A stretch of 61,202 nucleotides of DNA, counting the filler, from Squatina squatina (Eukaryota): assembly GCA_031763465.1 (NCBI GenBank). It is 4 parts of 4 records of this genome, joined end to end, with 100 filler letters (N's around TTAATTAATTAA, not from the genome) between each part and the next. Parts side by side here need not be neighbours in the genome. Positions count along the whole stretch, not along the records: positions 18,339 to 30,260 come from JARFOE010052336.1; positions 30,361 to 42,382 come from JARFOE010000189.1; 2 more parts are not named here. One strand, 5' to 3'. Below the pieces are notes generated by a model. It made no database searches. It was not told where the DNA came from and saw nothing but the letters and a program-made list of their open reading frames with translations. The stretch's first letter is position 1; every line of letters begins with the position of its first letter. A program made the translations under genes and the position numbers. Positions 26,621-39,560 of the stretch are shown piece after piece.

Positions 26621-26841
26621 GCATACCTGACAAAAGAAATACTTCAATTTACTAATATAGAGAGACATGTAAACTCCACGACAAAATATCAAACCAGTGC
26701 AGCTGTACATAATTACAACAATGTGCAGACAGATTATCACACCAGTGCAGCTATATATATATATACAGACATAGTATCACACCTGTGCAGATATACATAA
26801 ATACAGCAATAGACAGACATAAGATCACCTGAGTGCAGCAG

Positions 26842-29240
26842 TAGAAACATAGAAAATAGGAGCAGGAGTAGGCCATTTTGCCCTTCGCGCTTGCTCCGCC
26901 ATTCAATATGATCATGGCTGATCCTCTCACTCAGTACCATGTTCCCGCTTTCTACCCATATCCCTTAAGGCCTTTAGTATCAAGAAATATATCTATCTCC
27001 TTCTTAAATATATTTAGTGACTTGGTCTCCATGGCCTTCTCTGGTAGAGGATTTCACAGGTTCACCACCCTCTGAGTGAAAACATTTCTCCTCAGCTCAT
27101 ACTTAAATGGCATACCCCGTATCCTGAGATTGTGACACCTGGTTCTAGACTCCCCAGCCAGGGGAAACATCCTCCCTGCATCTAGTCTGTCTTGTCCTGT
27201 CAGAATTTTATAGATTTCAATGAAGTCCCCTCTCATTCGTCCAGTGAATATGGGCCTAATCGCTCCAATCTCTCCTCATACGTCAGTCCTGCCATCCCTG
27301 GAATCAGTCTGGTGAAACTTCGCTGCACTCCCTGTATGGCAAGAACATCCTTCCTCGGATAAGGGGACCAAAACTGCACACAATACTCCAGGTGTGTCCT
27401 CACCAAGGCCCTATATAATTACAGTAAGACATCCTTACTCCTGTACTCAAATCCTCTCGCAATGAAGGCAAGCACACTATTTGCCTCCATAACCGCTTGA
27501 TGCTCCTGCATGTTTGCTTTCAATGACTATTGTACAAGGACACCCAGCTCTCGATGCACCTCCCCATTTACGAACCTATCATCATTCAGATACTGATCCG
27601 CCTTTCAGTTTTTACTACCAAAGTGGATAACCTCGCACTTATCCACCTTATACTGCGTCTGCCATGTATTTGCCCACTCACTCACTTGAATGGAAGCCTC
27701 TTTGTATCCTCCTCACAAATCACATTCTCCCCTAATTTTGTGTCATCTGCAAACTTGGAAATATTACATTTAGTACCCTTATCCAAATCATTGATATATA
27801 CTGTGAACTGCTGGTTCCCAAGCACCGATCCCTGCTGTACCCAACTAGTTACCGGCACAACCCCAAAACCACCTGTTTATTCCTACTGTCAGTTTCTTGT
27901 CCGCCAACCAGCTGTCAATCCATACCAGTATATTACCCCCAAACCCATGTGCTTTAATTTTGCATACTAACCTCTTATGTGGGACGTTAACAAAAGCCTT
28001 CTGAAAATCAAAATACACAACACATCCACTAGTTCTCCCTTATCTATTCTACTAGTTACATTCTCAAAAAAATCCTTAAAAAAACTCCAGTAGGTTTGTC
28101 AAGCATGATTTCCCTTTCAAAAATCCATGCTGACTATGGCCAATCCTGTCGATTCTTTCCAAGTGCTCTGTTATCACCTCTTTTATGATAGACTCCAGCA
28201 TTTTCCCCACTACTGATGTTAGGCTAACCAGTCAGTAAGTCCCTGTTTTCTCCTCGCTCCTTTTTTAAATAGTGGGATTACATTAGCCGCCCTCTAATCT
28301 GCAGGAACTGTTCCAGAATCTAAAGAATTCTGGAAGATGACCACCAATGCATCCACAATTTCCACGGCCACCTCTTTTAGTTCTCTGCGATGTAGTTATC
28401 TGGCCCTGGCGAATTGTCAGGTTTCAGTCCCATTAATTTGCTCAACACGATTTTTCTACTAATACTGGTTTCCTTCAGTTCTTCCCTCTCATTAGACCCT
28501 TGGTTCCCAAACATTTCTGGGGGGTTATTTATGCCTTCTTTTGTGAAGACAGATCCAGAATATGCTTTTAATTGTTCTTTCTTCCCCATTATAAATTCCC
28601 CCATTTCTGACTGTAATGGACCCACATTTGCCTTCACTAATCTTGTTTTCTTTAATTATTTGCAGAAGCTTTTACAATTTTTTTAATGTTCCTAACAGGT
28701 TTACTCTCATAATCCATTTCCCCCTTCTTAATCAATCGCCTTTTGCGCCTTTGCTGAATTCTAAACTGCTCCCAGTCCCCAGGCTTGCAACTTTTTCTGA
28801 CAACTTGATATGACTCCTCTTTGGATTTAATATTATCCTTGATTTATTTTGTAAGCCGTGTTTGAGCCACCTTTCCTGTTTTGTTTTTGCGCCAGTTGGA
28901 ATGTATAATTGTTGCAATTCATGCATTGGTTCTTTAAGTATTTGCCATTATCTATCTAGCGACAAACCTTTTAGTAAAGTTCCCCATTCTTTGCTGCCAA
29001 CTCGCCCCTCATATCTTCATAATTTACTTTATGGAGATATAGGACCCTAGTTTCGGATTCAACTACTTCACTTTCCATCGTAATGAAGAATCCTATCATG
29101 TTATGGTCACATTTCCCCAGAGGACATCTACAACAAGATCGTTAATTAACCCCTTCTCACTGCACAATACGATATTTATGATGCCTGTTCCCTAGTTGGT
29201 CCCTCAAAGCATTGCTCTAAAAATTCATCTCCTACACACA
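26842..29240 (-). mobile_element. CR1 LINE, 5'-truncated, decayed
   Basis: Tail at 26842; minus translations MRGDFIEIYKILTG, KFADD, MGLKPDNSPGPD, reaching the endonuclease C-terminus. Confidence 0.92.
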
Positions 29241-29306
29241 ATACATAAATACAGCAATATACATAATACTGCAATATACGGACAGAATATCACCCGAGTG
29301 CAGCAG

Positions 29307-30260
29307 TAGAAACAGAGAAAATAGGAGCCTGCTCCGCCATTCCATATGATCATGGCTGATCCTCTAACTCAATACCGTGTTCCTGCTTTCTACCCATATC
29401 CCTTAATGCCTTTAGTATCAACAAATATATCTATATCCCTCTTAGATATATTTAGTGACTTGGTCTCCACAGCCTTCTGTGGTAGAGGATTCCATAGGTT
29501 CACCAGCCTCTGAGTGAAAACATTTCTCCTCAGCTCAGTCTTAAATAGCCTACCCCGTATCCTGAGATTCCGATCCCTGGTTCTAGACTCCCCAGAAATG
29601 TCCTCCCTGCATCTAGTCCGTCTACACCTGTCAGAATTTTATAGATTTCAATTTGGTCCCCTCTCATTCTTCTAAACTCGAGTGAATACGGGCCTAATCG
29701 CCTCAATCTCTCCTCATACGTCAGTCCTGCCATCCCAGGGGTCAATCTGGTGAACTTTCGCTGCACTTTCTGTATGGCAAAAACATCCTTCCACAGATAA
29801 GGGGACCAAAACTGCACACAATACTGCAGGTGTGGTCTCACCAAGGCCCAATTGCAGTAAGACATCCTTACTCCTATACTCAAATCCTCTCGCAATGAAG
29901 GCCAGCATACCAGTTGCCTTCCTAACCGCTTGCTGCTTCTACATGTTTGCTTTCAATGACTGTTGTACAAGGACACCCAGCTCTTGTTGCACCTTCTCAT
30001 TTCCCAACCTATCACCATTCAGAGAATAATCTGCCTTTCAGTTTTTACTACCAAAGTGGATAATCTCGCATTTATCCACGTTATAATGCATCTGCCATGT
30101 ATTTGCCCACTCGCTCAACTTTCCTAGGTCGCATTGAAGCCTCTTTGCATCCTCCTCACAACTCACCTTCCCCCCTAATTTTTTGTCATCTGCAAACTTG
30201 GAAATATTACATTTAGTACCCTTATCCAAATCATTGATATATATTGTGAATAGCTGGGGC
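29307..30260 (-). mobile_element. CR1 LINE 3' part, second copy with the same 3' junction as 26842
   Basis: VRPHLQYCVQFWSPYL, ISKFADDKKLGG; flank GAGTGCAGCAGTAGAAAC shared with the 26830-26850 junction. Confidence 0.92.
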
Positions 30261-30360
30261 NNNNNNNNNNNNNNNNNNNNNNNNNNNNNNNNNNNNNNNN
30301 NNNNTTAATTAATTAANNNNNNNNNNNNNNNNNNNNNNNNNNNNNNNNNNNNNNNNNNNN
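30261..30360. other. Artificial scaffold-join linker
   Basis: 44 N + TTAATTAATTAA + 44 N. Confidence 0.95.
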
Positions 30361-30589
30361 ACCTCGGCCACAACAGTGCAATCACAGAGGAAAGCCTTGC
30401 ATATTGGCAAAAAAAAAAATGTAAATCAACAAGTGATGGAAATGATGTAGAATGCAGAATTCTCGAGACACTTCCGTGCTACATCAGCCAGTGGGAAGGA
30501 TAGATTTGCTTTGCTCTGTGCGATGCCTTGATACATTGCTCAAGTACTGACAAGTAGTAGCGAAGTGAATAGTTCTGGAAGAGAATTCC

Positions 30590-31955
30590 AGTGCACTTGG
30601 AAAAGTATGAGCTGATCAAAGTGAGTCAGAATGGATCCGTAAAAGATAGGTCATATCTGACGCATCAAGTTGAATTAGTTAAGGTGGTCACTGCAAGGTG
30701 AATAGGAGAGTGTCTATCGATATTGTCTACATGGACTTCCAGAAGGTATCTGATAAGGTTCTGCGCAAGAGACTATATAGCGAAAATGAAAGCACATGAA
30801 ATTGGAGGTAACCTTGTGGCATGGGTTGCTAACTGGTTGGGAGACAGAAAATGTAGAAAAGTATGGATAAGTGGATTTACGCCGATTGACAAGTCATGTT
30901 CCCCAGGGATCTGTCTTGGGGCCTCAACCTTTCACCATATAAATCACTGATTGGATGAAGGAATAGGGAGTTGCACAACCAAGTTTGGAGATGACATTAG
31001 GCTCGGAGGCCACAGTAAATTGTGTAGATGGGAGCGGGTAGTTACAAAGGGACATGGACAGATTAAGTGAGTGGGCAGATGTTATTCAACAACAAGTTGC
31101 ATTTATATAGCGCCTTTAACATAGCAAATCCCATGGCGTTACAGGAGCGTTAGTCTCTTGTGCAGAACCATTCAATGCAGGGGAGCGTGAGGTCCTCCAC
31201 TTCGGAGCTGAGAAAGACAAATGAGAATATTTTCTTAACGGAGAGAGACTAGGAGCTGTGGAGGGGCAAGGGATTTGGGCATCCATGTACACAAATCACT
31301 AAACGCTAGTTCACATGTACACAAAGTAATCAAAAAAGCTGATGGAATGTTAGCCTTTACCTCAAGGGGGCTGGAATACAGAAGGGAGGAAGTGATGCTT
31401 CACTTGCACAGAGCCTTGGTCAGACCCCCATCTGGAGCACTGCGTTCAGTTTTGGGCATCACACCTTGGAGGGGGTGAAAGATAGATTCAGCAGAATGAT
31501 ACCAGGGCTTAGAGGGTTAAATTATGAGGACAAGTTGCACAAACTTGGTTTGCATTCCCTTGATTTTAGAAGGCTGAAGGATGATCCAATCGAAGTATTT
31601 GAAATGATAAAGGGATTCGATAAGGTAGATACAGAGAAATTATTTCCTTTGGTGGGGAACTTCAGAACAAGGGGGCACACTCTGAAAATTAGAGCTGGGC
31701 CATTCAGGACTGGCATCAGGAAGCACTTTTTCCCCCCACACAAAAGGGTAGTGAAAATCTAGAATTCTCTCCCCAAAAGCACTGTGGATAATTGCCATTT
31801 TCAGACTGAAAATCGATAGATGCTTTAGGTAAGGGTAGCAGGGGATCTGGAACAAAGGCGGGTAAATGGAGCGGAGGTACAGACCAGCTATGATCTAAGT
31901 GAATGGCTGAACAAGGCATGAGGGGCTGAAAGGTCTTCTCCTGCTCCTATGCTCC
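30590..31955 (+). mobile_element. CR1 LINE RT/3' fragment
   Basis: YMDFQK, VPQGSVLG-like and KFGDD remnants, GMLAFTSRGLEYR, RMIPGLRGLNYEDKL, 3' UTR; short inverted SINE/L2 tail inserted at ~31085-31150. Confidence 0.88.
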
Positions 31956-33105
31956 CGTCAGAGGAATGGAGGGAATGGGAAAAAGCAGTAATCCAGGGTC
32001 GGAAGGCCAAGGCATGAGCGGTAATCCAGGGTCAGAGGATGGGCTGTGTCGTAGACCCAGAGATTCCAAGTGGATCTTTGGTGCAAAGCCTTATTTATTT
32101 ATTTATTTATGGGCGGTGGGGGTGCGGTGGAGAAAGAAGTCATAAATACTTTAAAACTCATCACAAAGTGCTTTGCAGGTTCCGTAGAAATGCCAAGAAT
32201 ACTCCCTCACCAAAATCAAATCATATATTTTTCTTTATCTTTCAGTACTCTTGGATTAGCAAATAATGATAATTGTGACTCAGCTGAGACAAGATTTGCC
32301 CACTTTCCATTAAGCAAGAGATAGCGTGGTTCTTGCGTTCCTCACTGCAGGAAGCAACACCGCGTTGTAGGATAACATATAAATATAATTTAAAAAATAG
32401 CTTAACAATACAGAAGTCCGTATTAATATCTTTTATTATGAGAATGTATTCTGTGTGATAGAGGCTGACATAGATTAGGTCATTAGGATTCTGCAGGGGA
32501 ATGCCAAGTAAGTGGAAGGTGACCGGTTACTGCAATTTAAGAAACATCAAAAGGTTGATGTAAGCATTATAGCTAGTTTGGAGCCAACATGTCTACATTT
32601 CAGCTGTCATTACTTTGTAAAGGTGTGATATTTATAGCCATGCAATACGGTCATATCTTTTCCATAAATGACACTTATATTCCAGTGAGAGTGGAGAATA
32701 TGTGGTACGACAGTGCCGTCTACTGGTGTAGTAGCATATGACACAAAAATCACACGACAAAATTGATGGGTTTAAAAAGCAAGTCATCTGACATTGCCCC
32801 TCTGGGTGTATAAATAGGCTCACTTTCAGTAATCCTTCAATATTCCGTGCTTCAAAAACACGGTTGGATTGGTTAAGTTCCCAGAGACCGATGGATACAT
32901 GTATCTCATTTGCTCACACACTCTGTCGATAATAATANNNNNNNNNNNNNNNNNNNNNNNNNNNNNNNNNNNNNNNNNNNNNNNNNNNNNNNNNNNNNNN
33001 NNNNNNNNNNNNNNNNNNNNNNNNNNNNNNNNNNNNNCTTAGTTGTGTTCCGAAAGCAAAAAAAAAACACAGCAGCTTTAAAAGAAACTGGGAATAAAAC
33101 ACACT

Positions 33106-33820
33106 GACCCAAAATTTGCTCCCAAAATAACGACGTGTTTAATGGGGTTCGCCGTTAGTAATGTGTAAATCGTCCAGCAGCTTGTGGCGAGAAAGAGACA
33201 CACCATGAATCGCGAATCTCTACAGGTTGCTGGGCGATTTGCAACGCTCCGCCATTAGCCTCTCAAAAATGGAAGCGCGCCCTCAACCTCCCCGTGAGTT
33301 TTCATGAAGTTGCTGCATTTATGCATTAAATGCCAATTAAACTCGCCGGAGAAAGTTAGGGCTAGTACTTAACAGCATAAATACCTTTATAAATGACCAA
33401 ATTAATGTTTCAGCAATGCCACACAACTGCTCCAGCCCAAAAAGGGAATAACTGTGGAGTCACATTCCAACAAACTGATTTTCGATATTTTTAATTGTTT
33501 TCTTAATTTTCCTTTCTGCCTTTTTTTTCTCTCTCTTAATCCAACCTTTCTTTCTCTCTCCTCTGTCTGTACCTGGTTTGACTCTAATTCATCCCATTTC
33601 CTTCCCTTCTCAGTTGTTCCTCGCTTTCTTTCTCAATCCTTAAATCTCATTGGTTAAAGAGACAGACTGATTGTCTTGTTGCTCACTGAGGTCCCAGATG
33701 CCCCACTATCACTCGTACTTCCAGCAACTTACAGGGCAAAATTATTTGAAGCTAAAGGGTCAGGGGAAAGGTCTATCGGGGGATGCCGCAAGATGCCCTT
33801 CTCCAGAAAATTCTGGGCTA
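33106..33820. mobile_element. MITE with GCCCAGAATTT-type terminal inverted repeats
   Basis: Left GACCCAAAATTTGC versus right GAAAATTCTGGGC; non-coding interior with pyrimidine tract. Confidence 0.45.
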
Positions 33821-34223
33821 CTGAATCCGCCAGCACCCAGTGTGTAGTGAGTCAGTCAAGGCCCAGCAATGTCCCAAGCAGAACAAATCAGTTGAGGCCT
33901 AGCGAATCTGCCTGAATTTTCAGAGGCAGAAGGGCAGGTAGGCGGGGTTCTACTGGCCGCCATGTTTTCTCCTCCTTGTGGTCAGACCATCCTGCAGTTC
34001 GTGAACANNNNNNNNNNAGCAGGATCTTAAAAATGCGCCTCAAGAGCCAAATAAAAACTACTGAACATATTCTCAGTAAGGTAGCCCTCCCTGGGAATTT
34101 GAGGAGATAAAGGCAATGCAGTAGTCTTCACATTATCCCAGCCCCAGGCAGTTTCAATGAGACTTCATCGGCACCACCCAATCCCATTATTGCAAACAGG
34201 CTAGTCTGTCAGTTGGGACTTAC

Positions 34224-34400
34224 CTGGAAGCTACCGCACATCCCAGAAGGCCAAACCGCTCATAGTCACCTCCATAGATATCCTTAACTAGTTTATCTAC
34301 GTTAGTGCTGTCTCCCTTTGCCGCCATCTCCAAAGCTTCTTCAAAGGTCTCGCACCCAGTCAGCAGACAACACAGGCCGAGGAAAGTCCCCCCACCAAGA
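34224..34400 (-). CDS. PANK1: Pantothenate kinase 1, coding exon (177 bp)
   Basis: AG/GT bounded; (S)[58 protein letters not shown]; phase compatible with the previous exon. Confidence 0.96.
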
Positions 34401-35895
34401 CTGAGGAAGGAAGGGGGAAAAGAATGTTAATTGTGAAGCAAATGCAGATAAATAATACTGAGCACGATTAGCTTTATTAATTCCCAGATGTCTCATTAGG
34501 GCTGCTTGTGTTCCTCCAATGGAGTTAGTTCCTGGTGAAAATGTTGCTTGTATATTGAGATAAGGATTTGGCTTGTCCTAATCNNNNNNNNNNNNNNNNN
34601 NNNNNNNNNNNNNNNNNNNNNNNNNNNNNNNNNNNNNNNNNNNNNNNNNNNNNNNNNNNNNNNNNNNNNNNNNNNNNNNNNNNCCTTCATTTTAAACCAA
34701 CATTTAAACATGAGTCACTCCGAAATCCTTTCTGTGTAGAAGAAAATGATCAACAATCCTGAGGATTGGCTTGAGGAAACCTGCCTTCTGCTAAGGTATT
34801 ACTATATTAGACGGAAGAGAAAAAGGAATTTTTACTTGCACTTTAGGAGTTTCAGTCTTTCAGTGCGACACACACGCATTGACATTGGTGCATTACGTGA
34901 GCTGTAGTCCACCAGTGTGATACAACAGAGCGGCACTGGTGCCCCTGGGAGTCCGCTACTTGGTGCACCCACTTCCCTCAGGGGCCTGGAGAATGCAGCA
35001 GAGCTCAAGCCTCAAGCTTTGGAGAGAGCAAGAGCAAATCTGCATGGTTCAGGAACTTCCTGGAGGCATTTCTAACATTCAGTGGCTAAGTTTAGTGCTT
35101 TCTTCAAAATGGTACATTATCATCTTTTAAACTTTATTTATATGGCTATGTATTCCGCAGCATTAGAAACAAAAATGTCAACTGGAACCACTTAAGAAAT
35201 AAAATGCAGTGTTGGTACTAGTTGAAATAACAGCCTTTCAAATGGCTGCTTTTCTGTGGGATTTTTATGGATCTAACATTTCACAAATCTATGTGCTTAA
35301 TGTTTTAATATTAATCACTGAGAAGAGGATGGCACTCAAATATTTACTTTACAGACTTATTGCACTACCCACAGATTTCATTGGGACATTGGGAGGGGAT
35401 AGAATCAGGCTTGGCTGTGATGCCTACCTCTCTTTCTCTTCCTACCTCAATTAGCCTGTCAATATCCACTGCCTAGGGTCACACATGAAAAATGGATACA
35501 TGGGCAAGGTACCACACAGCACGAGTCAAAACCTTCAGGAAAAGGAAGGAGACAAAAATAGCCAAATAAAAGGATTGAACCCACAGGCACCACAGTTGGC
35601 CCCATCATTGTGTATCATGTATCTTTATGCTATGATACGAACTTGCCCTCTTTTTCTCACCCCCATCCGCTCCACCCCGCCCCGCCCCCGCTCCCCCCAG
35701 CCAAGCCACCCCCCGTCTCCAATTCAGAAAGACAACATAATAGCAGTGGAACAGTACAAGTCAAACAGAAACCAGACTGGAGCTTTAAATGGCACACACA
35801 GTACACTGACATGCTTAAGATTGTAAATCTACCAGTCTACCACTTTACACATGCAAACATCAATGTGGCAAGGTTATGAATGTCTATATGCTTAC

Positions 35896-36149
35896 CTGGT
35901 TCCCGTCACCCTTTTGTAATTATCTTTGGAATAAACTGCCAAGATGCTGACCCCTGAACCTATGTTGACCAGCAACATTGGGTAAGGGTTATCTAAGCAA
36001 TACGGCTTTTTCTGGCACTGGTTGGGGTCGGTGGGTTTTTCAAAATAATAGCATTCAGACTGTCCATTGTACCCAACGGAATCAATGTAAAGAAGGCCTT
36101 GGATTAAACAGTCCAACTCATCCAGTTTGTGGAGCTGTAAATCTGCCAT
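35896..36149 (-). CDS. PANK1: Pantothenate kinase 1, coding exon (254 bp)
   Basis: AG/GT bounded; [39 protein letters not shown]...[40 protein letters not shown]; IQGLLY and [11 protein letters not shown] match PANK1 as recalled. Confidence 0.96.
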
Positions 36150-36599
36150 CTGGAAAACAGTAGTAGTCAAACAAACAGCAAATAAACAAATGCCCATGTG
36201 AGTAACATTTGTGTCAAAGAACAGTAGAAGGCGGCAATGTATAATCTAAACATTTTCCAACTAAGCCAGTTATACAGTTTCTGTTTGTTTTGCAAGGGAA
36301 TGATAATTTACAAAGCATACATGGCATGCCAGAGTAGTAAATGTACCTCATCCTTGCTGATTTGAAATCAATTCACATGGGTTATCCAGATCTTTCTTTA
36401 GTGATAAAATTAAAAAAACCAGATGTGCCAATCCAGGTGTGAATGTTTCTCTGTTATAACCACTTCCAAACATTTAAGACCAATATAAATGCAACTTTTA
36501 AACTGGTGGCAATTTGAAAAAAGCTGTTTATCATCGATATGATTCTGTACCATATACATGGTATCGTTGGCAATGGGATTTGGGATCACTGCAGCAGTG

Positions 36600-37230
36600 A
36601 TACAATGGTGAGGGTAAACGGTGGGTTTTGGGTTAGTAGCTGCAGGTAATAATGTGGCTCGGGATCTGCACTGGGCCCTCTTCTGTTCTCCATTGATGTA
36701 AATAATTTAGACCTAGTCACAAGAAGAATGAGACTGAAGTTTGCTGACGATAACAAATTAAAAGGCATGGCAAATTTTCAGGAAGAATACAAGACATTGT
36801 AGGAGGTGATAAATGGGTTAGCAAAGTGGGGAGATTGATGGCAGATGCAATTCAGTGCAGAGAAATGTGAACTGGGATAAAGAACAATGAAATGAACTAC
36901 ATCAAAAATGGCAAGACTCTTAACAGAGTGCAGGAACAGGGAGATTTAACAATGCCGACAAAAAGATCTTTCGAGATGGAGAATTCAGATAGAAAAAGCC
37001 ATAAAAATATACAAAAAGGAAGTGAAGTTGAACTTGTACAATAATTTGATTAGACTGTGGTTCGGGTATTGCATGCCGTTCTGAGCACCCAATTACAAGA
37101 GGGTTATTAGAGTCACGGAAGGGTACACTAGAATGATTAGCTGAGTTTATGAAGAATTGCTTGAAAAAGCCATTTTTCCACTGGGACAGAAGTGGTTTGT
37201 TGAGGGGGTGGGTGGATCTAACAGTTTGTC
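36600..37230 (+). mobile_element. Old CR1 LINE RT fragment in PANK1 intron
   Basis: QGSALGPLLF-like, LKFADDNKL and WQMQFSAEKC remnants. Confidence 0.7.
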
Positions 37231-37287
37231 AAGCAAGACACTTTCTGCATTCTCTCACAGGAATTAGGTTGCACAACTATGACATAC

Positions 37288-37640
37288 CATTCGAAAATCA
37301 TCCTCAAATTTGTAGGCACCACCTCCTGTGGCACACATAGTGGTGTGTAAACTAGAGAAATTTTTGTCTCTACCCATTTGGATGAATTTAGGCATGGAAT
37401 GCGTTGGAAAGCGAATAAAATGCAAGTTCCCTTTGCGTCCACACATGATCAAGTTCTTTAGCTCCAGGTGCACATCCCGGATCCCTGTTTTTCCATAAGC
37501 TATGTTAGAGGTCAGGTACTTCCGAATGCTCTTCAGGTTCTCCACTTCCTCCTGTTCTTCTTCAGCTGTGATGTCTTTTGGCTCAAAATACACAAGTTTG
37601 ACAAGGGTTCCACCAATATCCATTCCAAACCAAGGGAACG
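37288..37640 (-). CDS. PANK1: Pantothenate kinase 1, coding exon (353 bp)
   Basis: AG/GT bounded; [63 protein letters not shown]...[16 protein letters not shown], including the DIGGT ATP-binding motif. Confidence 0.97.
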
Positions 37641-38699
37641 CTAGGAGGGAGAAAGAAAGTCAGTATTATGTGCATCTGTGTCAGTTGTACATTGTTGTTT
37701 AATTTATGCTGTGAGTAGCATCAGACACTCAAAATCCATCAGACATTTTCAAATCTAAATCAGAAGCAATATCATCAATAAATATTTACTTTTCAACTGA
37801 TCAGTGGGAACGAAGTGTTTTTTTTTCATAAAACAGGAACCAATTCTTAAAGCATACAGGTCACTGTTGGAGAGTTACCATCATGTCTCGAAACTGGATT
37901 CATCAGTACCTGGTACAAAGGGAATCCACCATATTACATGCATATGCCATGACAAAAAATGCATCGTCATCTTCCAGATTCTTTTTCCTTCTTAAAACCG
38001 CAACGATCACCCTTTAAACATTTGTTGTATCCGAGTTCAGTAAATAAGTAATTGTTGTAAATATCTGACCTTTTATTAAAATAAACTATTTGTCTAACCT
38101 TTTGTTATTATGCCAACTAAAATTAAGCTGGGGCACTCCAGTGCAATGTTTTAGCTGACTGAAATGACCCCAAATATAGAAGCAGAATACTGTTTTGTGT
38201 CACAATATTTTGGGCAAATACTGAGAGATAAGCAAAGGTACATTGTAAAACTTTTAAAATTTATTTTTTTTGGGTCAATTTAAAAATTTAAATTGTGAAG
38301 CTTAACTCATTGGTCTTCACATTTCAAAATGGAAGTGGAGAAATCCGAGGGTGCAGTTTGCATGTTTGGCAGTCTTGGATTAAGTATTTTAGAATAGTTC
38401 AAACACGAGTAAATAACTGAAGATATCATTTTCGTTTAACTGGTGCATTCAAAAAGCTCAGATAAAAATCTTTAGTTCCCTCCAAAGTTTGGTTTTACAT
38501 TAGTTGCTTCTGACAATGACATTATGAACTTTGATTTTGACCAGAGAAGCTGGGATTGTTCTCCTTAGAGCAGAGAAGNNNNNNNNNNNNNNNNNNNNNN
38601 NNNNNNNNNNNNNNNNNNNNNNNNNNNNNNNNNNNNNNNNNNNNNNNNNNNNNNNNNNNNNNNNNNNNNNNNNNNNNNCTTGCCATTGGACCATGACCT

Positions 38700-39560
38700 T
38701 GCTCAGCCAAGACAGTGTGGTAGCCGGTGTGCAACAGCAACCCCACGTTAAAAAGTCACCTTCCACGACTTCAGTATGAAGTTGGGACCTGGAATGTCAG
38801 GACCCTCATGGGCAACCCCAACAGTGACAGACCCAAACGGTGCACCGCTATCATAGCACAGGTGATATGCAAGATCCATGCCAAGCCCCTGGACAACATG
38901 GAACACTTCCCATACCTCGGGAGTCTCCTCTCAGCTAGGGCAGACTTAAACGACGAGATCCAGCATCGCCTCCAGGCACCCGAGGAAGAGTGTTGAGGAC
39001 AAAGACTCAGGCCGGACAATCATGGTCTATAGAGCAGCAGTGATACTGCCCTCTTATATGCATCGGTGACATGGGCACAGTACAGCAGACACCTCAAGGC
39101 TCCTGAGAAATACCACCAACACTGCCTTCCCAAAATCCTGCAAATAAACTGGCAGGACAAACACACAGTCAGCGTCCTCACCCGGGCCAACATCGAGGCA
39201 CTGGTTACGCTCAGTCAGCTGCGGTGGGCCGGTCACGTCGTCCGCATACCAGATACAAGCTCTCTATTCCGAACTCCGCCATGGGAAACTCCTCCAAAAA
39301 AGGCAGAGGAAAAGTGACAAGGACGTCAAGGCCTCATTGAAGAAATGCAATATCCCCACCGACTCATGGGAATCCGCAGCCCAAGACCACCCGCAATGGA
39401 GAAGAGCCATCTGGGAAGGCAGCAACCGTTTGAGTCTCTCCGGCGGAAGCATGTTGAGGACAAACTTCGGCAGATGAAGGAGCGTGCAGCAACATGCTCA
39501 TCCCTGCCACTCGTCTCATCAAGTATCACCTGCCCCACGAAAAAGACGATGACGATGAAA
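38700..39560 (+). mobile_element. RTE-clade LINE, internally deleted
   Basis: GTWNVRTLM (endonuclease start) joined directly to RT C-terminal HFPYLGSLLS...EIQHRL, KYHQHCLPKILQINWQD, QLRWAGHVVRIPD. Confidence 0.85.

Noticed and set aside
32603-32741. DSAVYWC Ig V-like motif with a nearby ACAAAAATC nonamer-like sequence
   Set aside because: Upstream Cys is only ~37 aa away, there is no conserved Trp, a stop follows, and no heptamer sits at 12/23 spacing
30361-34223. miR-107 and PANK1 downstream exons
   Set aside because: miR-107 is hosted in a PANK1 intron in other vertebrates, but I could not find TGATAGCCCTGTACAATGCTGCT or the later exons; probably lost in gaps
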